From positions 128,246-192,245 of the forward strand of contig CAZVJY010000002.1 of the NCBI GenBank assembly GCA_964626685.1: a stretch of 64,000 nucleotides of DNA, read 5' to 3'. Positions 31,510 through 42,150 of the stretch are shown one piece after another. Position 1 is the stretch's first letter. Every line of letters begins with the position of its first letter. This DNA is from an uncultured Flavobacteriaceae bacterium. GTDB lineage: Bacteria > Bacteroidota > Bacteroidia > NS11-12g > UBA955. The notes under the pieces are model-generated. The model ran no database searches. It saw only the letters and a list, made by a program, of their open reading frames with translations, and was not told where the DNA came from. A program made the translations under genes and the position numbers.

Positions 31510-32502
31510 TCACCGCGCAGTATCGGCTGTGACACGTTTTCTTTCGCTTGCTTTTTTGGCTTTTTTACGCTGTGATTTACCCCATGGCAGCGGTAAAAAC
31601 TTTTCCGGGTAATGATTGATATCATACGCCAGCGATTCAAGGTTCTTGGTGGTTTTTACCAAGTTGTCATACAGAACAGGATCCTTGGCAAGCTTACCCA
31701 GAGAACCTTTGCCCTGCTCAATATTTCTGGTAATTGCAGCCAATGCAGAAGCTGTTTCTTGTAAATCTCTGCCTATTTTCTGAAGCTCAATGCTGTCCAG
31801 GCGTGCGGTAGTCCGGTTTAGGTTTTTCAAACTACCCTCAATGCTTCTGCCGTATTGATCCAGGCTGGATGAAAAACGGGCTGCATTATCCAGGGTTGCG
31901 GTCAATCCCGGGCGGGAAGCAGCCAGTGTACCCTGTATCTCGGCAATGGTGCTGTTTAGTGATGCAAGCACCACAGGAAGCTGATCAACTGCCTGAGTCA
32001 GGCTTTGACGGGCTATGATGGAATTCAGATGCGTAAGCAGGGAATCTGCTCCTGCCGCTATGGGGGCAATCTTCTCATTCACCATACTCATCACATCCTG
32101 CGTATACATGGGGAGCAAAGTATCTCCGTCTTCCGCAAAGGTTTTAGAGTTTCCCGGTATCAGTTTCAAGGTAGTTGAACCAAGCAAAGCAGATTCAATT
32201 TTTATTTTTGAATTTTTGGGTATTTTTATTTCGCTATAAATTTCAATTTCGGTCACCACTTTGCCTGAATGGGGATCCATCTCCATGCTGCGTAGCTGCC
32301 CAACCCTAAATCCATTATACATCACAGCTGTATTATCGGCCAAACCCTGAGCACTGTCATACAACACCACAAATTCCCGGGCGCCACCGAGTGGATTGTC
32401 TCTTCCGACCATGTAGTTATAACCCAGAATTAGCACGGTAATGGCTACAGCTGCCAATGTGCCTACTTTTGTTTCTTTGGATACGCCTGTAAATAATGCC
32501 AC
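31510..32502 (-). CDS. MlaD/MCE family protein
   Basis: N-terminal TM helix then an MCE domain (REFVVLYDSAQGLADNTAVMYNGFRVGQL). A C-terminal coiled region with a basic tail. Confidence 0.75.
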   Translation of the reverse strand: MALFTGVSKETKVGTLAAVAITVLILGYNYMVGRDNPLGGAREFVVLYDSAQGLADNTAVMYNGFRVGQLRSMEMDPHSGKVVTEIEIYSEIKIPKNSKIKIESALLGSTTLKLIPGNSKTFAEDGDTLLPMYTQDVMSMVNEKIAPIAAGADSLLTHLNSIIARQSLTQAVDQLPVVLASLNSTIAEIQGTLAASRPGLTATLDNAARFSSSLDQYGRSIEGSLKNLNRTTARLDSIELQKIGRDLQETASALAAITRNIEQGKGSLGKLAKDPVLYDNLVKTTKNLESLAYDINHYPEKFLPLPWGKSQRKKAKKASERKRVTADTAR

Positions 32503-32534
32503 GTTAAATGATGTTCAAAGATAAGACTAAATCA

Positions 32535-33392
32535 TTAACGGCGCATATCACCACTGTCACGCACCTGCACTGATTTCTCCTCCGGATTCTTCACCGGTGC
32601 TGCTTTTTCGAGCTCCCGCTTATACTGCCGAACTGCCCTGAAAATCCCTTTGGCCACCGTTTTCTGACCTTCTTCTGTTTTCAAAAAACTCCGGTCAGAC
32701 TGATTGGTTAAAAACCCAATTTCTACCAGCACTGACGGCATAGCCGTTTGCCAGAGAACAAGAAATCCGGCTTGTTTAACCCCACGGCTTTTAATTTTGG
32801 ATATCCTATGGGTATGCGACTCAACCAGGGTACTAAACTTCAGGCTTTGCTGCAAAAATGCATTTTGAACCAGGGAAAAAATGATGTGCCCTTCCGGCGA
32901 ATTGGGATCAAAACCACCATAGCGCTCATTGGTTCTGTAATTGGATTCAAACTTAATCGCGGCGTTTTCCCGTTTGGCTACATCCAGGTTACCCTGGCTT
33001 TTATGCAATCCCATGAAATAGGTCTCTGACCCGGCGGCCGAGGTATTGACATTGCTATTGCAATGAATGGAAATAAATAAATCAGCCTTGATTTTATTGG
33101 CCATGTTAGGACGCTCCCACAACTCAACGAACTTGTCTGTCTTTCGGGTAAAAACCACCTGCACATCCTGCAAACTATCCTCTATTAACTTTCCCAGTTT
33201 AAGTGAAACAGCCAGTGTCACTGCTTTTTCCCAAATCTCATTGGCGCCATTGCAACCGGGGTCCAGCCCCCCGTGTCCGGGATCAATAACGATGGTTTTA
33301 ACCTGTTTTCCGGGAACACGGTTCACCGGCTTGCCCGAAGGCAGTGTGGTAATAAGCAGTAGCAGCAGCAGACCAACAGCAATGCGTCTCAT
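32535..33392 (-). CDS. N-acetylmuramoyl-L-alanine amidase (Amidase_3)
   Basis: Signal peptide. IVIDPGHGGLDPGCNG, SIHCNS, and Glu/His zinc ligands. Confidence 0.85.
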   Translation of the reverse strand: MRRIAVGLLLLLLITTLPSGKPVNRVPGKQVKTIVIDPGHGGLDPGCNGANEIWEKAVTLAVSLKLGKLIEDSLQDVQVVFTRKTDKFVELWERPNMANKIKADLFISIHCNSNVNTSAAGSETYFMGLHKSQGNLDVAKRENAAIKFESNYRTNERYGGFDPNSPEGHIIFSLVQNAFLQQSLKFSTLVESHTHRISKIKSRGVKQAGFLVLWQTAMPSVLVEIGFLTNQSDRSFLKTEEGQKTVAKGIFRAVRQYKRELEKAAPVKNPEEKSVQVRDSGDMRR

Positions 33393-33500
33393 GAGGTAAC
33401 TTTTATCATAACTTCACAAACCTTGCCAAAATTTTAGCATAAACATTAATTTTTTCTAAGGAATGGCAAAGTTTTTGACGAATTTCGCGGTATCTCTCTT

Positions 33501-36092
33501 ATGTGCGATCATGATGCTGCAAATCTTTATAAACTTTCGTTGTGGAAGGTTTGCATTTTCATCATTGCCATAGTCGCTATAACGCACCCGGTAAAGGTTT
33601 CAGGCCAAGTGTCAACTCCTTCCGACACCCTTAAAAAAAGCATCTCCCGTTCCGGCAGTGATCTTGACAAACCTATAGTTTACAAAGCAGCCGACTCCAT
33701 CTGGTTTAACCTGAAAAATAAGAAGGTTTATCTTTATAAAAATGCCTCTATTGAATATGGCGAAATGAATTTGACCGCGCATTTCATCGAAATAGATTTA
33801 AACAAAAAAGAGATTTTCGCCACTGGCGGGCCTGACAGCGCAGGAAAATACAGCAATCTTCCCGTGCTGAAGGATGGTGGAGACAATTATAAAGCAGACA
33901 GTATTCGTTATAACAGCCAGTCAAAAAAAGGCCGGGTATACGGATTGCGGCTCACACAGGATGAAGCGGTAATTCACCTCACCAAAGTGTTAAAACAGGA
34001 CGACGGCAGTTTTATTGGGCAGAGCGGAAAAATAACCACATGCAATGAGGACCATCCGCATTTCTATTTCAATGCAAGCCGTATCAAGGTAATTCCGAAT
34101 AACAAGGCACTTTTCGGGGCAGCCAACCTTGTGGTGGAAGATGTGCCTACTCCCCTGGCGCTTCCTTTTGGTATTGCACCGCTAAAAAAAGGTCAGCGCA
34201 ATGGTATTTTGTTTCCCGGATATGGCTACAACCAGTTCAACAAAAGTTTCTATCTGCAAAATTTCGGTTACTATCTTGGCCTGGGAGAGCATGCAGACCT
34301 CACACTTACTACAGATGCTTACCTGAACGGCGACCTGAGACTGGGTGTAACATCCAACTTTGTAAAGCGCTATAAATACAGAAGCAACTTTGGACTGGGG
34401 GCCAGCTGGTTTGGAAATGGACTTGAACGCAGCAGTCCCGGTTTTAAAAAGAATCTCGACCTAAGCATCAGGGGCAATTTTGCATTTGATCCTAAATACC
34501 TTCCTGGTCTTTCTCTGAATGGGGATATCAATATTCAAACCGGCAATTTTAATCGCCTGAACTCGAGAGATATCAACAGCATTAGCAATCAGCAGTTTCA
34601 AAGTTCCGTTAATTTTGGGAAAACCTTTTTCCAGAATAAAGTCAATTTTACTGCCGCTGCCAGACACTCGCAAAATACCGTTAACAGAGACTTTCGCCTG
34701 GAATTGCCCAGCATGAACCTGGGTGTTTCTTCTCTTACCCCTTTTGCACGAAAAAACAGCAGCGGGAACAAATGGTATGAACAACTGCGACTCAGCTACA
34801 ACATGCAGTTCAGCAATGTCATTAACACCAAAGACAGCATTTTATTTAGCCGCGATTATAAAAAAGCACTGCAAAAGACCCAGAGTGGAATCAGCCACAG
34901 CCTGCCAATCAACACCAATATCAAACTTCTCAAAGGCATTGTGAATATGTCTCCATCTTTTAATTACCGTGAAACCTGGTACCTAAAAGCCACCGACCAG
35001 TTTATGGATGATACGGGCAAGATACAAATCCGGGAAGAAAATGGATTTTTCAGGCTTAACAACTGGGATTTCAACACCGGTTTTACCACCAACATTTACG
35101 GAACTTTCCAACGCACAAAAGCAAAAAAAATAAAGGCTTTGCGGCACACTATCACGCCTACCCTCAGCATGGGCTACCAACCCAAAATCAATGCGGCGCT
35201 GCGAGGCTGGGAGCGAAACTACACTGATACTTCAGGAAAACAGGTACGTTACAACCGATTTGAAAGAGGCATTTACGGAGGTGGACAAAGTCAGGCAGAG
35301 AGCGGCTACGTAGGCATTGGAGTAAACAACAACTTACAGGGCAAAAAAGTGGTAAGCACAGACAGCAACGGTAAAGAGAAACTGGAAAAATTCAACCTGA
35401 TTGACCAACTAAGTTTCAATACCCGCTATAATCTGGCAGCCACCAAATTCAAGTGGAGTGATGTATCTGCCAATTTCAACACCACGGTGATGAAAAACAT
35501 CAATATCACGGCAAGATCCGCCTTTAGCCTGTATCAAAAAGACTCTCTGTTGAAAAACGTGCAGCGGTTCCTGTATGTAGACAAAAAAACACCCCTGCGC
35601 ATGCGCAATGCCGGCATGAGCATCAGTACAAGGTTTAGTCCTGAAATGTTCAGAAAGAAAACCAAACTCACACCGGTTAAAACCAAGGGCAATAGCGATG
35701 AGCAGGAGAAAAAAGACATCCTCGGCCGTCCCGATGACTACTTCCATTTCGACATCCCCTGGAACATCGCGCTCACATATGTTTTTGACTACAACGCGGA
35801 GACAAATAACAAATCTCAGCGAATTGGAAGCAACCGAATCAATATCAGCGGTGACATCAGTATCACACCGGAATGGAAGATCGGTTATACTACCGGTTAC
35901 GATTTGCAGGAAAAAGAAATCGCCACCAGCCAGTTTACGGTAAGCCGCAACCTGCATTGCTGGCAAATTGATTTTAACTGGGTTCCTTCCGGCTTTGCCA
36001 AACAGTGGACTTTCAGTATCAGACCCAAATCGGGCATGCTGCAGGATATGAAGCTCAACAGGCGGGCATTCTTTAATCCCGTGATGTTCTAA
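33501..36092 (+). CDS. LptD/OstA-like outer-membrane LPS-assembly protein
   Basis: 863 aa. N-terminal OstA/LptA-like jellyroll (ADSIWFNLKNKKVYLYKNASIEYGEMNLTAHFIEID) followed by a large beta-barrel. Confidence 0.6.
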   Translation: MCDHDAANLYKLSLWKVCIFIIAIVAITHPVKVSGQVSTPSDTLKKSISRSGSDLDKPIVYKAADSIWFNLKNKKVYLYKNASIEYGEMNLTAHFIEIDLNKKEIFATGGPDSAGKYSNLPVLKDGGDNYKADSIRYNSQSKKGRVYGLRLTQDEAVIHLTKVLKQDDGSFIGQSGKITTCNEDHPHFYFNASRIKVIPNNKALFGAANLVVEDVPTPLALPFGIAPLKKGQRNGILFPGYGYNQFNKSFYLQNFGYYLGLGEHADLTLTTDAYLNGDLRLGVTSNFVKRYKYRSNFGLGASWFGNGLERSSPGFKKNLDLSIRGNFAFDPKYLPGLSLNGDINIQTGNFNRLNSRDINSISNQQFQSSVNFGKTFFQNKVNFTAAARHSQNTVNRDFRLELPSMNLGVSSLTPFARKNSSGNKWYEQLRLSYNMQFSNVINTKDSILFSRDYKKALQKTQSGISHSLPINTNIKLLKGIVNMSPSFNYRETWYLKATDQFMDDTGKIQIREENGFFRLNNWDFNTGFTTNIYGTFQRTKAKKIKALRHTITPTLSMGYQPKINAALRGWERNYTDTSGKQVRYNRFERGIYGGGQSQAESGYVGIGVNNNLQGKKVVSTDSNGKEKLEKFNLIDQLSFNTRYNLAATKFKWSDVSANFNTTVMKNINITARSAFSLYQKDSLLKNVQRFLYVDKKTPLRMRNAGMSISTRFSPEMFRKKTKLTPVKTKGNSDEQEKKDILGRPDDYFHFDIPWNIALTYVFDYNAETNNKSQRIGSNRINISGDISITPEWKIGYTTGYDLQEKEIATSQFTVSRNLHCWQIDFNWVPSGFAKQWTFSIRPKSGMLQDMKLNRRAFFNPVMF

Positions 36093-36124
36093 ACATTTCT
36101 AAACACACAATTGTTAAATTACAT

Positions 36125-36592
36125 ATGACACTCACTATCGGCCAGTCCGCCCCCGAATTCACGCTTTTCAACGATCAAAAAAAAGAAGTAAGCCTTGATA
36201 GCTTCCGTGGTAAAAACGTAGTGCTACTTTTTGTACCGCAGGCATTCACAGGTGTGTGCACGGCAGAGTTATGCCAAATGCGCGACAGCCTGCATGACTA
36301 CAACAACATGAATGCTGAAATCCTTGCTGTGTCTGTTGATTCTGTTTTCACACTGGAGAAATGGAAAAAGGACGAAGGTTTCAATTTTAACCTGCTTTCC
36401 GATTTCAACAAGGATGTTAGCCGCGCATATGGCAGCATTTATGAAGAATGGATTTTTGGCATGAAAGGCGTTTCAAAAAGAAGTGCTTTTGTGATTGACA
36501 AAGATGGCATCATTCGCTATGCCGAAGTACTTGAAAACCCGGGTGAAATGCCCAACCTGCAGGCAGTGAAAGATACCGTTGCCTCTCTTTGA
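36125..36592 (+). CDS. peroxiredoxin (AhpC/TSA, Bcp/AhpE-like)
   Basis: Peroxidatic-Cys context PQAFTGVCTAELC. Confidence 0.85.
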   Translation: MTLTIGQSAPEFTLFNDQKKEVSLDSFRGKNVVLLFVPQAFTGVCTAELCQMRDSLHDYNNMNAEILAVSVDSVFTLEKWKKDEGFNFNLLSDFNKDVSRAYGSIYEEWIFGMKGVSKRSAFVIDKDGIIRYAEVLENPGEMPNLQAVKDTVASL

Positions 36593-36686
36593 TAGGCCAG
36601 CAAAGTATTTTACCGGATAAGGTAAAATAAGCCTCAAAATCTCTTCCCTACGACTTGGGAATAAATTCCTGTTGTGTTAATTTGCA

Positions 36687-37772
36687 ATGATGCGCCTCAA
36701 ACTATTGGGAATTTTTATACTGGGTTTCAATCTGGGATTTGCTCAGCCGTATGCTGTTCCAGAATCTATTCGTACCAAATACTACTATCAACCGGGCGAT
36801 AGCATCATTGTTTCGGAAAAGCCCTCTCCTGCTTTGGTAAAAATGCTAACAGGATGGAATTATATTTCTTCAGACAGCGTGATGGTGGAACCCATAGACG
36901 GATACGACACCATACTGCCACTTTACCAGTTTGCTTACAAGGCTGTTCATGGAGGCTTTTTTTACCTGAAAACCGAAGTAAGCAATGCTGCATACAGGCG
37001 ATTTGTGCAAGCCGCAAAAAATCCGTCCTACACCCCTGATACAAGCTGCTGGACCAGCCAAAATACATACAGCGAACCCTATGTTCATTATTACTACCAG
37101 CACCCTGCCTACAACAACTTTCCCGTATGCGGCGTTTCCTATTTACAGGCAAAAGCCTATTGCCACTGGCTTCAGGATAGCTTAAACAATGCATTAAAGA
37201 AGAAAAACATACCTCAGCGCGTGGAAGTAGATTTGCCGAGTTCAGATGAATGGATAAATGCGTATTACCATGCTGTTCGGCAATATGCGCAAAAACAAAA
37301 GATAAGAATTCCCGGCCCTACATACCTCCATTTTTCCATGCCGGGCAATACAATCCATGTTGTATCCGGGAATTGGCTGAGTGCAAGGCTCTCTGTGATT
37401 AAACCCCTATCCATTTACCAGGGATATACAGCTGCCACAGACGGCATGCAACCCATTGGCGGCGTGTATCATATCATGGGCAATGTAGCTGAATGGACAA
37501 GATCTGAAGCTAAAAATCATCTTTTCAACCACAAGGAATACACCTACACTGTAACCGGATTGCTGGTACCGAATGTTTATGAAAACCACAGCAAAGCCAC
37601 ACTTGACAAATACGTGCGTGGCGAAAACCTGAATGACCTGATGGCCGTAAAAGGAGGATCATGGGTGGATGACCCGTTTTACCTGCAGCCCGGAGCTTTG
37701 TATTTTGTTCCGAAAAACCAGGGTCGGGCGAATATTGGCTTCAGACCAATAATTCGGGTTGTAAAACCTTAA
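36687..37772 (+). CDS. formylglycine-generating enzyme (SUMF1) family protein, secreted
   Basis: Signal peptide. C-terminal HIMGNVAEWT and GGSWVDDP motifs are typical of the SUMF1/FGE fold. Confidence 0.7.
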   Translation: MMRLKLLGIFILGFNLGFAQPYAVPESIRTKYYYQPGDSIIVSEKPSPALVKMLTGWNYISSDSVMVEPIDGYDTILPLYQFAYKAVHGGFFYLKTEVSNAAYRRFVQAAKNPSYTPDTSCWTSQNTYSEPYVHYYYQHPAYNNFPVCGVSYLQAKAYCHWLQDSLNNALKKKNIPQRVEVDLPSSDEWINAYYHAVRQYAQKQKIRIPGPTYLHFSMPGNTIHVVSGNWLSARLSVIKPLSIYQGYTAATDGMQPIGGVYHIMGNVAEWTRSEAKNHLFNHKEYTYTVTGLLVPNVYENHSKATLDKYVRGENLNDLMAVKGGSWVDDPFYLQPGALYFVPKNQGRANIGFRPIIRVVKP

Positions 37773-38977
37773 AGCACCTCTATTTCATTGCGCACCAGGT
37801 CCTCGAAGGTTTCCCTGCGTCTAATAAGTTTGGCCTCTCCATTTATCACCAAAACTTCTGCAGGCCTGAAACGAGCATTGTAATTATTGCTCATGGTGAA
37901 ACCATAGGCACCCGCATTGTAGATAGCCAAGATATCGCCTTCACGCACTTCCGCAATTTTACGATCATAGCCCAGTGTATCGGTTTCGCAGATATAGCCC
38001 ACTACAGAATAGAGCCGCGGCAAGCCTTCGGGGTTGCTCACGTTTTCTATTCGGTGGTATGCATCGTAAAACATAGGTCTGATCAGGTGGTTTTGCCCGC
38101 TGTCTACCCCAATAAATACCGTGCTCGTTGTTTGTTTAATAACGTTGGCTTTTACCAGTAAAAAACCTGCTTCGCTTACGATGAACTTACCCGGTTCAAA
38201 CCAGAGTTCCAGTTCTCTGCCATATTGGGCACAAAACCTTTGAAAAGCTTCTGCTATTCGGCTTCCCGTATCGGCAATATCAGTAACAATATCGCCTTCC
38301 TTGTATGGCACTTTAAATCCGCTACCAAAGTCCATAAACTCCAAATCAGGAAAATCAGCAGCAGCTTCAAACAACAAATCTGCACCCCGCAAAAACACGT
38401 CCGCATCCAAAATATCGCTGCCGGTATGCATGTGAAGGCCATTGATTTTCATGCCGTGATTTTGTACCACACGCAGTACATGCCTTAACTGGTAAATACT
38501 GATACCAAATTTTGAATCAATATGCCCTACGGAGATATGGCTGTGACCACCAGCCATGATATGGGGATTCAGGCGTATACAGCATTTAACCGTTCCTCCG
38601 TAATGATGCCCGAATTCTTCAAGAATACTGATGTTATCTATGTTGATGTGTACACCCAATTTCACTGCCTCCTGTATTTCTTCAAAATCCACACAATTCG
38701 GTGTATACATGATTTGTTCTGGTGCAAAACCCGCTCTAAGCCCGAGCTGAACCTCCTGTATGCTCACTGCATCCAGACCTGCGCCTTCATTTTTCAGCAA
38801 CCGTAAAACGTTTACGTTGTTTAAGGCTTTCAGTGCATAATGCAGGCTGACTTTTACGCCGGGAAAGGCATTTTTCAATCGATGATATTGCGCAGTAATG
38901 GTTTGTGCATCATACACATATATAGGGGTTCCAAACTGTGCCGCAATTTCCGTTGCCGGTATTCCTCCAATTTTCAT
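37769..38977 (-). CDS. lysA: diaminopimelate decarboxylase
   Basis: 402 aa. Fold-III PLP decarboxylase with HYALKALNN (PLP-Lys), GSG and EPGKFIV motifs. Confidence 0.9.
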   Translation of the reverse strand: MKIGGIPATEIAAQFGTPIYVYDAQTITAQYHRLKNAFPGVKVSLHYALKALNNVNVLRLLKNEGAGLDAVSIQEVQLGLRAGFAPEQIMYTPNCVDFEEIQEAVKLGVHINIDNISILEEFGHHYGGTVKCCIRLNPHIMAGGHSHISVGHIDSKFGISIYQLRHVLRVVQNHGMKINGLHMHTGSDILDADVFLRGADLLFEAAADFPDLEFMDFGSGFKVPYKEGDIVTDIADTGSRIAEAFQRFCAQYGRELELWFEPGKFIVSEAGFLLVKANVIKQTTSTVFIGVDSGQNHLIRPMFYDAYHRIENVSNPEGLPRLYSVVGYICETDTLGYDRKIAEVREGDILAIYNAGAYGFTMSNNYNARFRPAEVLVINGEAKLIRRRETFEDLVRNEIEVL

Positions 38978-38994
38978 AATCTAATTTTAACTGC

Positions 38995-39029
38995 ATAAAA
39001 AAAGCGGGGATTAAATCCCCGCTTTTTTG
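38995..39029 (-). terminator. intrinsic terminator after secDF, immediately upstream of lysA
   Basis: AAAAAAAGCGGGGATTAAATCCCCGCTTTTTT. A perfect 9-bp stem with A/T runs on both sides. Confidence 0.65.
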
Positions 39030-39045
39030 CGAAGACAATGTCTAT

Positions 39046-42000
39046 TTATGCTTTCTTAATACTTTTATTCTTATTCATACCAAAGTCCACAACCACAGGC
39101 GTAGCGATGAATATAGATGAATACGTACCTACAATAATACCCAGCACCAGCGCCAGTGAGAATCCTTTGAGAGCATCACCGCCAAACAGGAACAGAATGA
39201 TACAAACAAAGAATACGGTAGCAGAGGTGATCAACGTACGGCTTAAGGTTTGGTTAATAGCCATGTTGATGAGCTTATGATCGTCTTTTTCAACGCGGCT
39301 GTTACCGGAGAGGAATTCACGAATACGGTCAAATACAATTACCGTATCGTTCATTGAATAACCAATCACTGTAAGCAAAGCGGCAATGAGGTGCTGGTCG
39401 AATTCCACAGGGAATGGCACCCAGCCGTCCATAATGCTGTAGCAGGCCAGAATGAACACCACGTCATGCACAAGGGCAATGGTAGCACCCAGACCGTAGG
39501 CTGCACTGCGGAAACGAAGCAGAATGTAGGCAAACATCAGGAAGATAGCCACAATCAGCAACACCGTAGATTTGTTGCGTGTGCTGGCAGCTACCGAAGA
39601 GCCCACTTTCGAAGTTCCTTTGATAGACTCGGCTGTAACACCAAAATCTTTGAGTGCGCTAACCACTTCTGTTGTGGTTTTGTCACGTGCTTCTTTGCTG
39701 TTTTCATTCAGCCTGTGGGTGGTTATCACACGGAACTGTCCATCCTTACCAAAGGTTTTGGCTTCGTTGCTGCTTCCTGGGAAAGCTTTATCGAGGGTTT
39801 CTTTAATCTGACCGACAGATACATCTTTGGACTTATCGAACTGAATAATGAACGAGTTACCCCCTTTAAAATCGATACCGGTGGTTAAGCCTCCTTTGTA
39901 AATGAATGTGCCAATACCAAAGAGAATAATTGGCAGTGACAATACATAGGCGCGCTTACGGTATTTTACAAAGTCGAAATTGGTGTTGTTAAGTACATTC
40001 TCGCTATATGGGAATGAGAACTTGATATCTTTCTTTTTGTTAACACGGTTCTCAAGCATCCAGCGGGTAACCAGCAGAGAAGTGTACATTGAAGTAAATA
40101 CGCCAATTACAAAGATTACGGCAAAGCCATAAGCGGGTCCTGAACCTGCCATGAGCAGAGCTACACCGGCAAGCAGGGTGGTTAGGTTTGAGTCAATAAT
40201 CGCTGAAAGCGCATATTTATAACCGTTCTTTACCGCCTGTGCCAGGCTAATTTTGTTTCTGAGTTCTTCTTTTATACGCTCATAAATCAGTACGTTGGCA
40301 TCCACCGCCATACCGATGGTCAATACGATACCTGCCATACCGGGAAGTGTGAGCGATGCACCAAGGCTGGCCAGGATACCAAAAATGAGAAACATATTGG
40401 CAAACACCGCGATGATAGAGTAAACACCGGCACGGTTGTAATACAGCACCATGAAGATAAGAATGGCTACAAAACCCACCAGCAAGGCACTGGTACCTCT
40501 TGTGATTGATTCTTCACCGAGTGAAGGACCTACAACGTCGCTGGCAACAATTCTTGCAGGAGCAGGGAGTTTACCTGCCTTCAATACGTTGGCGAGGTCA
40601 TCGGCTTCCTTGATATCAAAGTTACCCGTAATCTGGCTTTGGCCTCCGCTGATTTTCTGGTTAACTACTGGCGCTGAGTAAACGCGGTCGTCAAGCACAA
40701 TGGCAATGTGTTTGTTGATGTTCGCGCCGGTTATCTGAGCCCAGCGGCTGGCAGCCTGAGGGGTCATTTCCATGCTCACTTCCACTTCGCCGGTCTGGCT
40801 GGTTTGAGAGCGGGCATCAGAAATAATATTTTCTTCTTCGCTGGCCAGGGCGGCTTTGCCGTCACGATCGAGTTTAAGCAGGTAAACCAGGTGCTGATCG
40901 TTGTATTCTTCAATGAGTTTGTTGGCAGCACTTTCTGATTTTTTATCATTTTTCATCAGGCTGCTTTTCAGTTCACCCTGGTCGATGGGCTTCGCGCTGA
41001 AGGCCACTTTCATGGTGCCTTCCATGACCGCAGCATACTGCGGTTTTTTCAGTTCTTCTACCAATGCATCGCGGTCTGCTCCACGCACCGATGCCACTGA
41101 GCTTCCCATGGCAGCAAAATAGCTGTAGCCTTTAAGCCTGCGCATCAACTTGCCGAGGGGGCCGTCATCTTTAGATTTGCCGGCAACGGCAGAATCTTTT
41201 TTGGCAACGGTTGAATCCACTTTGGCAACACCAGAATCAGCGGTAGCAGCCAGGGCAGACTGTTTACCAGCCTTGAAGAGCATGTCCAGCATTTTGCTGG
41301 CTTCGGCACCTTTTTGGGTATTGCCGTAAACTTCGTAGAATTCAAGGTTTGCGCTTTTTTCAACCAGGTCTTCCAAACGACGGGGATTGTCTACACCAGG
41401 CAATTCCACGCTGATACGGCCACCGTCGATTTTCTGAATGGTAGGCTGGGTTACGTTTGCCTGGTTGATACGTTTTTCAACTACATCATATACCCTGTCA
41501 ATTGCAGTGCCGGTTTCATCGCTTAATATTTTGCGAACCTGAGCCTCAGAACTGGAAGTATTGATACCATTGGGATTGTTGCTTTTAGCAAAAAGGTTTA
41601 CAACCTTGCGGTTGGGGGCAATCTTACTAAAGGCCGACATAAAATTATCAACGTAATCACCGCCTTTGGTTTTCTCGTCTTGATTGGCCTGGGCGATAGC
41701 CTTAAGCAGATCTGCATCTGCGGGATCATTCGCCATCCCTTTGATAATAGCACCTTTATCAACCTCGAGGATTACGTTCATACCACCACGTAAATCCAGA
41801 CCCAGATTGATTTCACGCTGCTTACACTCAAAATAGTTGTAATTGGCAATTCCCAGATCATAAATAATTTCACGGGAACCCAGGCTATCTATGTAGCCAC
41901 GGTATGCTTTACCATAGTTTATACCTTTTTTCTGCTGTTTTTCGGCAAATTGCTGGGCCTTGTTTTCAAAACTTTGGGCTTTCCAGGTGAATGACAGCTG

Positions 42001-42060
42001 GAATAAACAAGCGATGGCCAAAACGACCGAGAATACAATAACGGAACGATTATTCTTCAT
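39046..42060 (-). CDS. secDF: protein translocase subunit SecDF (fused)
   Basis: 1004 aa. Two RND-like 6-TM modules with large periplasmic domains. Confidence 0.95.
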   Translation of the reverse strand: MKNNRSVIVFSVVLAIACLFQLSFTWKAQSFENKAQQFAEKQQKKGINYGKAYRGYIDSLGSREIIYDLGIANYNYFECKQREINLGLDLRGGMNVILEVDKGAIIKGMANDPADADLLKAIAQANQDEKTKGGDYVDNFMSAFSKIAPNRKVVNLFAKSNNPNGINTSSSEAQVRKILSDETGTAIDRVYDVVEKRINQANVTQPTIQKIDGGRISVELPGVDNPRRLEDLVEKSANLEFYEVYGNTQKGAEASKMLDMLFKAGKQSALAATADSGVAKVDSTVAKKDSAVAGKSKDDGPLGKLMRRLKGYSYFAAMGSSVASVRGADRDALVEELKKPQYAAVMEGTMKVAFSAKPIDQGELKSSLMKNDKKSESAANKLIEEYNDQHLVYLLKLDRDGKAALASEEENIISDARSQTSQTGEVEVSMEMTPQAASRWAQITGANINKHIAIVLDDRVYSAPVVNQKISGGQSQITGNFDIKEADDLANVLKAGKLPAPARIVASDVVGPSLGEESITRGTSALLVGFVAILIFMVLYYNRAGVYSIIAVFANMFLIFGILASLGASLTLPGMAGIVLTIGMAVDANVLIYERIKEELRNKISLAQAVKNGYKYALSAIIDSNLTTLLAGVALLMAGSGPAYGFAVIFVIGVFTSMYTSLLVTRWMLENRVNKKKDIKFSFPYSENVLNNTNFDFVKYRKRAYVLSLPIILFGIGTFIYKGGLTTGIDFKGGNSFIIQFDKSKDVSVGQIKETLDKAFPGSSNEAKTFGKDGQFRVITTHRLNENSKEARDKTTTEVVSALKDFGVTAESIKGTSKVGSSVAASTRNKSTVLLIVAIFLMFAYILLRFRSAAYGLGATIALVHDVVFILACYSIMDGWVPFPVEFDQHLIAALLTVIGYSMNDTVIVFDRIREFLSGNSRVEKDDHKLINMAINQTLSRTLITSATVFFVCIILFLFGGDALKGFSLALVLGIIVGTYSSIFIATPVVVDFGMNKNKSIKKA

Positions 42061-42104
42061 GTGATTGTGTCAATGCGGATTTTACGAAGTCGCGAAAATA
42101 GGGA

Positions 42105-42138
42105 AAAAATTACGAACTGCAAGGAAAAAACGCAGTTC
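42105..42138 (-). terminator. putative terminator hairpin after the GT9 gene
   Basis: GAACTGC-(11 nt)-GCAGTTC, a perfect 7-bp stem. On the minus strand it is followed by GTAATTTTTT. Confidence 0.4.
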
Positions 42139-42150
42139 AGACAAGCATTT

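Noticed and set aside
35409-35966. 185-aa minus-strand ORF inside the LptD-like gene
   Set aside because: Antisense shadow ORF with no signal or motif.
36606-36629. TATTTTACC-GGATAA-GGTAAAATA hairpin after the peroxiredoxin gene
   Set aside because: It is a perfect 9-bp stem, but all pairs are A/T and no U-tract follows. It is unlikely to be a functional intrinsic terminator.
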